Made by a program: the position numbers and the translations under genes. The notes beneath the pieces were generated by a model that saw nothing but the letters and a program-made list of their open reading frames with translations, was not told where the DNA came from and made no database searches. From Terracidiphilus sp. (GTDB lineage Bacteria; Acidobacteriota; Terriglobia; Terriglobales; Acidobacteriaceae): 64,000 nt of DNA. Shown here one piece after another: positions 62,390 to 64,000 of the stretch (its first letter is position 1; each line of letters starts with the position of its first letter). The stretch spans positions 3,095-67,094 of the forward strand of contig JBEKVS010000004.1 in assembly GCA_049513795.1 (NCBI GenBank). Reading direction: 5' to 3'.

Positions 62390-63598
62390 TTACCAATCGG
62401 TCAGCGTCCCATCTAATTTTCGATTCACGGGCAAATAGGCTCTTTGATATTCATGCCTGGCGGCTAACTTCTCATCGAGGTCGACGCCCAGACCTGGCCC
62501 ATCGCCTGGAAACATCATTCCACCTTTGAAGGAATACCGATGCGGAAACACAGCGTCGGTTTCCGCTGTGTGCGGCATAAGTTCCTGAATGCCGAAGTTA
62601 TGAATCGCGGTATCGAAGTGCAGGGCCGCGGCCATGGTGACTGGCGATAAGTCCGTCGCTCCATGGAAGCCCGTGCGGACATGATAGAGCGCGGCGAAAT
62701 CAGCCACCTTTTTCAGCGCCGTGAAGCCGCCGCCATGCACCAGCGTCATGCGCAGATAGTCAATCCACTGGTTGCGGATCAAATCGTGGGCATCCCAGAT
62801 GGAGTTGAAGACTTCCCCGACGGCGATGGGAGTGGTGGTGTGCTCGCGGATGATCTTAAAGCCTTCCTGTAACTCGGCTGGCGTTGGATCTTCCATCCAA
62901 AAAAGATGAAATGGCTCGATCTCCTTGCCCAAGCGGGCGGCCTCAATGGGTGTGAGACGGTGATGGCAGTCGTGCAGCAAGTGAAGTTCCTCGCCGAAGG
63001 CTTCGCGCACCCGCTTGAACAGAGTCGGAATGTGGCGCAGATAGTGCTCGGTCGACCACTCATACTCTGAAGGCAATCCCCGCTCGGCGGGCTCGTAGCG
63101 ACCCGGTGTCTTGCCAATTCCATAAGTCGATGACAGTCCCGGGATGCCACTTTGAACTCGGATCGCCTTGAAGCCTGCGTCTACATGACGCGCCACATCT
63201 TCGATTGCACTCTCGGTATCCTTCCCGTTGGCGTGCCCATAAACCAGTACGCCATCCCTGCTCTTGCCGCCCAGCAAGTTATAAACAGGCGTATTGAGGG
63301 CCTTGCCCTTGATGTCCCACAGCGCCACATCCACTGCGGCTATTGCGGCCATCGTCACCGGCCCACGCCGCCAATAAGCACCACGATAGAGATACTGCCA
63401 TAAATCTTCGGTTTGAAACGGATCGCGTCCGATAATGCATGGAATCACGTGGTCGCTGAGATAACTCGCCACGGCTAACTCGCGGCCGTTGAGGGTCCCA
63501 TCTCCGAGCCCGTAGATACCTTCATCGGTCTCGACCTTGAGGGTTACAAAATTCCGGCCCGGCGAAGTTATATTCACATACGCATTTGTAATCTTCAT
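62390..63598 (-). CDS. manD: D-mannonate dehydratase (RspA/ManD, enolase superfamily)
   Basis: [44 protein letters not shown]. Confidence 0.9.
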   Translation of the reverse strand: MKITNAYVNITSPGRNFVTLKVETDEGIYGLGDGTLNGRELAVASYLSDHVIPCIIGRDPFQTEDLWQYLYRGAYWRRGPVTMAAIAAVDVALWDIKGKALNTPVYNLLGGKSRDGVLVYGHANGKDTESAIEDVARHVDAGFKAIRVQSGIPGLSSTYGIGKTPGRYEPAERGLPSEYEWSTEHYLRHIPTLFKRVREAFGEELHLLHDCHHRLTPIEAARLGKEIEPFHLFWMEDPTPAELQEGFKIIREHTTTPIAVGEVFNSIWDAHDLIRNQWIDYLRMTLVHGGGFTALKKVADFAALYHVRTGFHGATDLSPVTMAAALHFDTAIHNFGIQELMPHTAETDAVFPHRYSFKGGMMFPGDGPGLGVDLDEKLAARHEYQRAYLPVNRKLDGTLTDW

Positions 63599-63626
63599 CC
63601 GGTAACTTCTCCAGAGCTTAAATGTT

Positions 63627-64000
63627 TCACTGATTCACCCCGCTGGCCAGGAAGCCTCCGTCGACTGCAATCACTTGACCAGTTACGAAGGAAGCTGCCT
63701 CGGACGCGAGGAATACTGCGGCTCCGGTTACTTCTTCGGCCCTGCCAAATCGTCCCATAGGTGTGCGCATCAGCAGCTCTTCTCCACGCGGAGTTCCCTG
63801 CACCAGTTTCGCATTCAGCGGGGTGGGAAAGACTCCGGGCGCGATGGCATTCACGTTCACGCCGCTCCGCGCCAACTCTACGGCGAGGCTGCGCGTGAGC
63901 GACGCGACGGCGGCCTTGCTTGCCGAGTAGGCCGCCACCTGATAAAAGCTCACGAAAGTCGAAAGCGAGGCAATGTTGACGATCCGCCCATAGCCGGCGG
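63627..64000 (-). CDS. SDR-family sugar-acid dehydrogenase/reductase; 5' end lies beyond the window
   Basis: [13 protein letters not shown] (YxxxK), [19 protein letters not shown]. Confidence 0.88.
   Translation of the reverse strand, partial: AGYGRIVNIASLSTFVSFYQVAAYSASKAAVASLTRSLAVELARSGVNVNAIAPGVFPTPLNAKLVQGTPRGEELLMRTPMGRFGRAEEVTGAAVFLASEAASFVTGQVIAVDGGFLASGVNQ

Overview
Chromosomal window of a high-GC bacterium whose gene content strongly suggests Acidobacteriota subdivision 1 (inferred from the Acidobacteria-type VWA proteins, the nuo gene order and GTGCCCC-type palindromes). In order it contains: a partial HAF-repeat secreted protein and a VWA protein; a truncated flagellar tail (flgM fragment, flgN-like gene, N-terminally truncated flgK, flgL); pdxS and pdxT separated by two toxin-antitoxin modules; a lone heme-copper oxidase subunit III; a complex I operon (nuoA-C-D-[orf]-E-F-[hicAB]-G-H-[GH5, serine protease, M29 aminopeptidase]-J-K-L-M-N, with no nuoB or nuoI); a Wzx/Wzy-type polysaccharide locus whose chain-length regulator (PCP) and export protein (OPX) are one 830-aa ORF; a deoxyhypusine-synthase-like gene; a B12-binding radical SAM enzyme; a promoter-led, hairpin-rich candidate RNA followed by two small ORFs; ribBA with a degenerate GTP cyclohydrolase II domain; two tandem ~1050-aa secreted VWA paralogues; hutH; an S10 peptidase; and a sugar-acid catabolic operon. 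At least seven genes carry lesions (1-nt indels or short deletions), which could be real decay or assembly error. The strongest novelty candidates are the PCP-OPX fusion, the structured RNA at about 43.46-43.67 kb and the tandem VWA cluster. All assignments come from reading motifs by eye; no database search was run.
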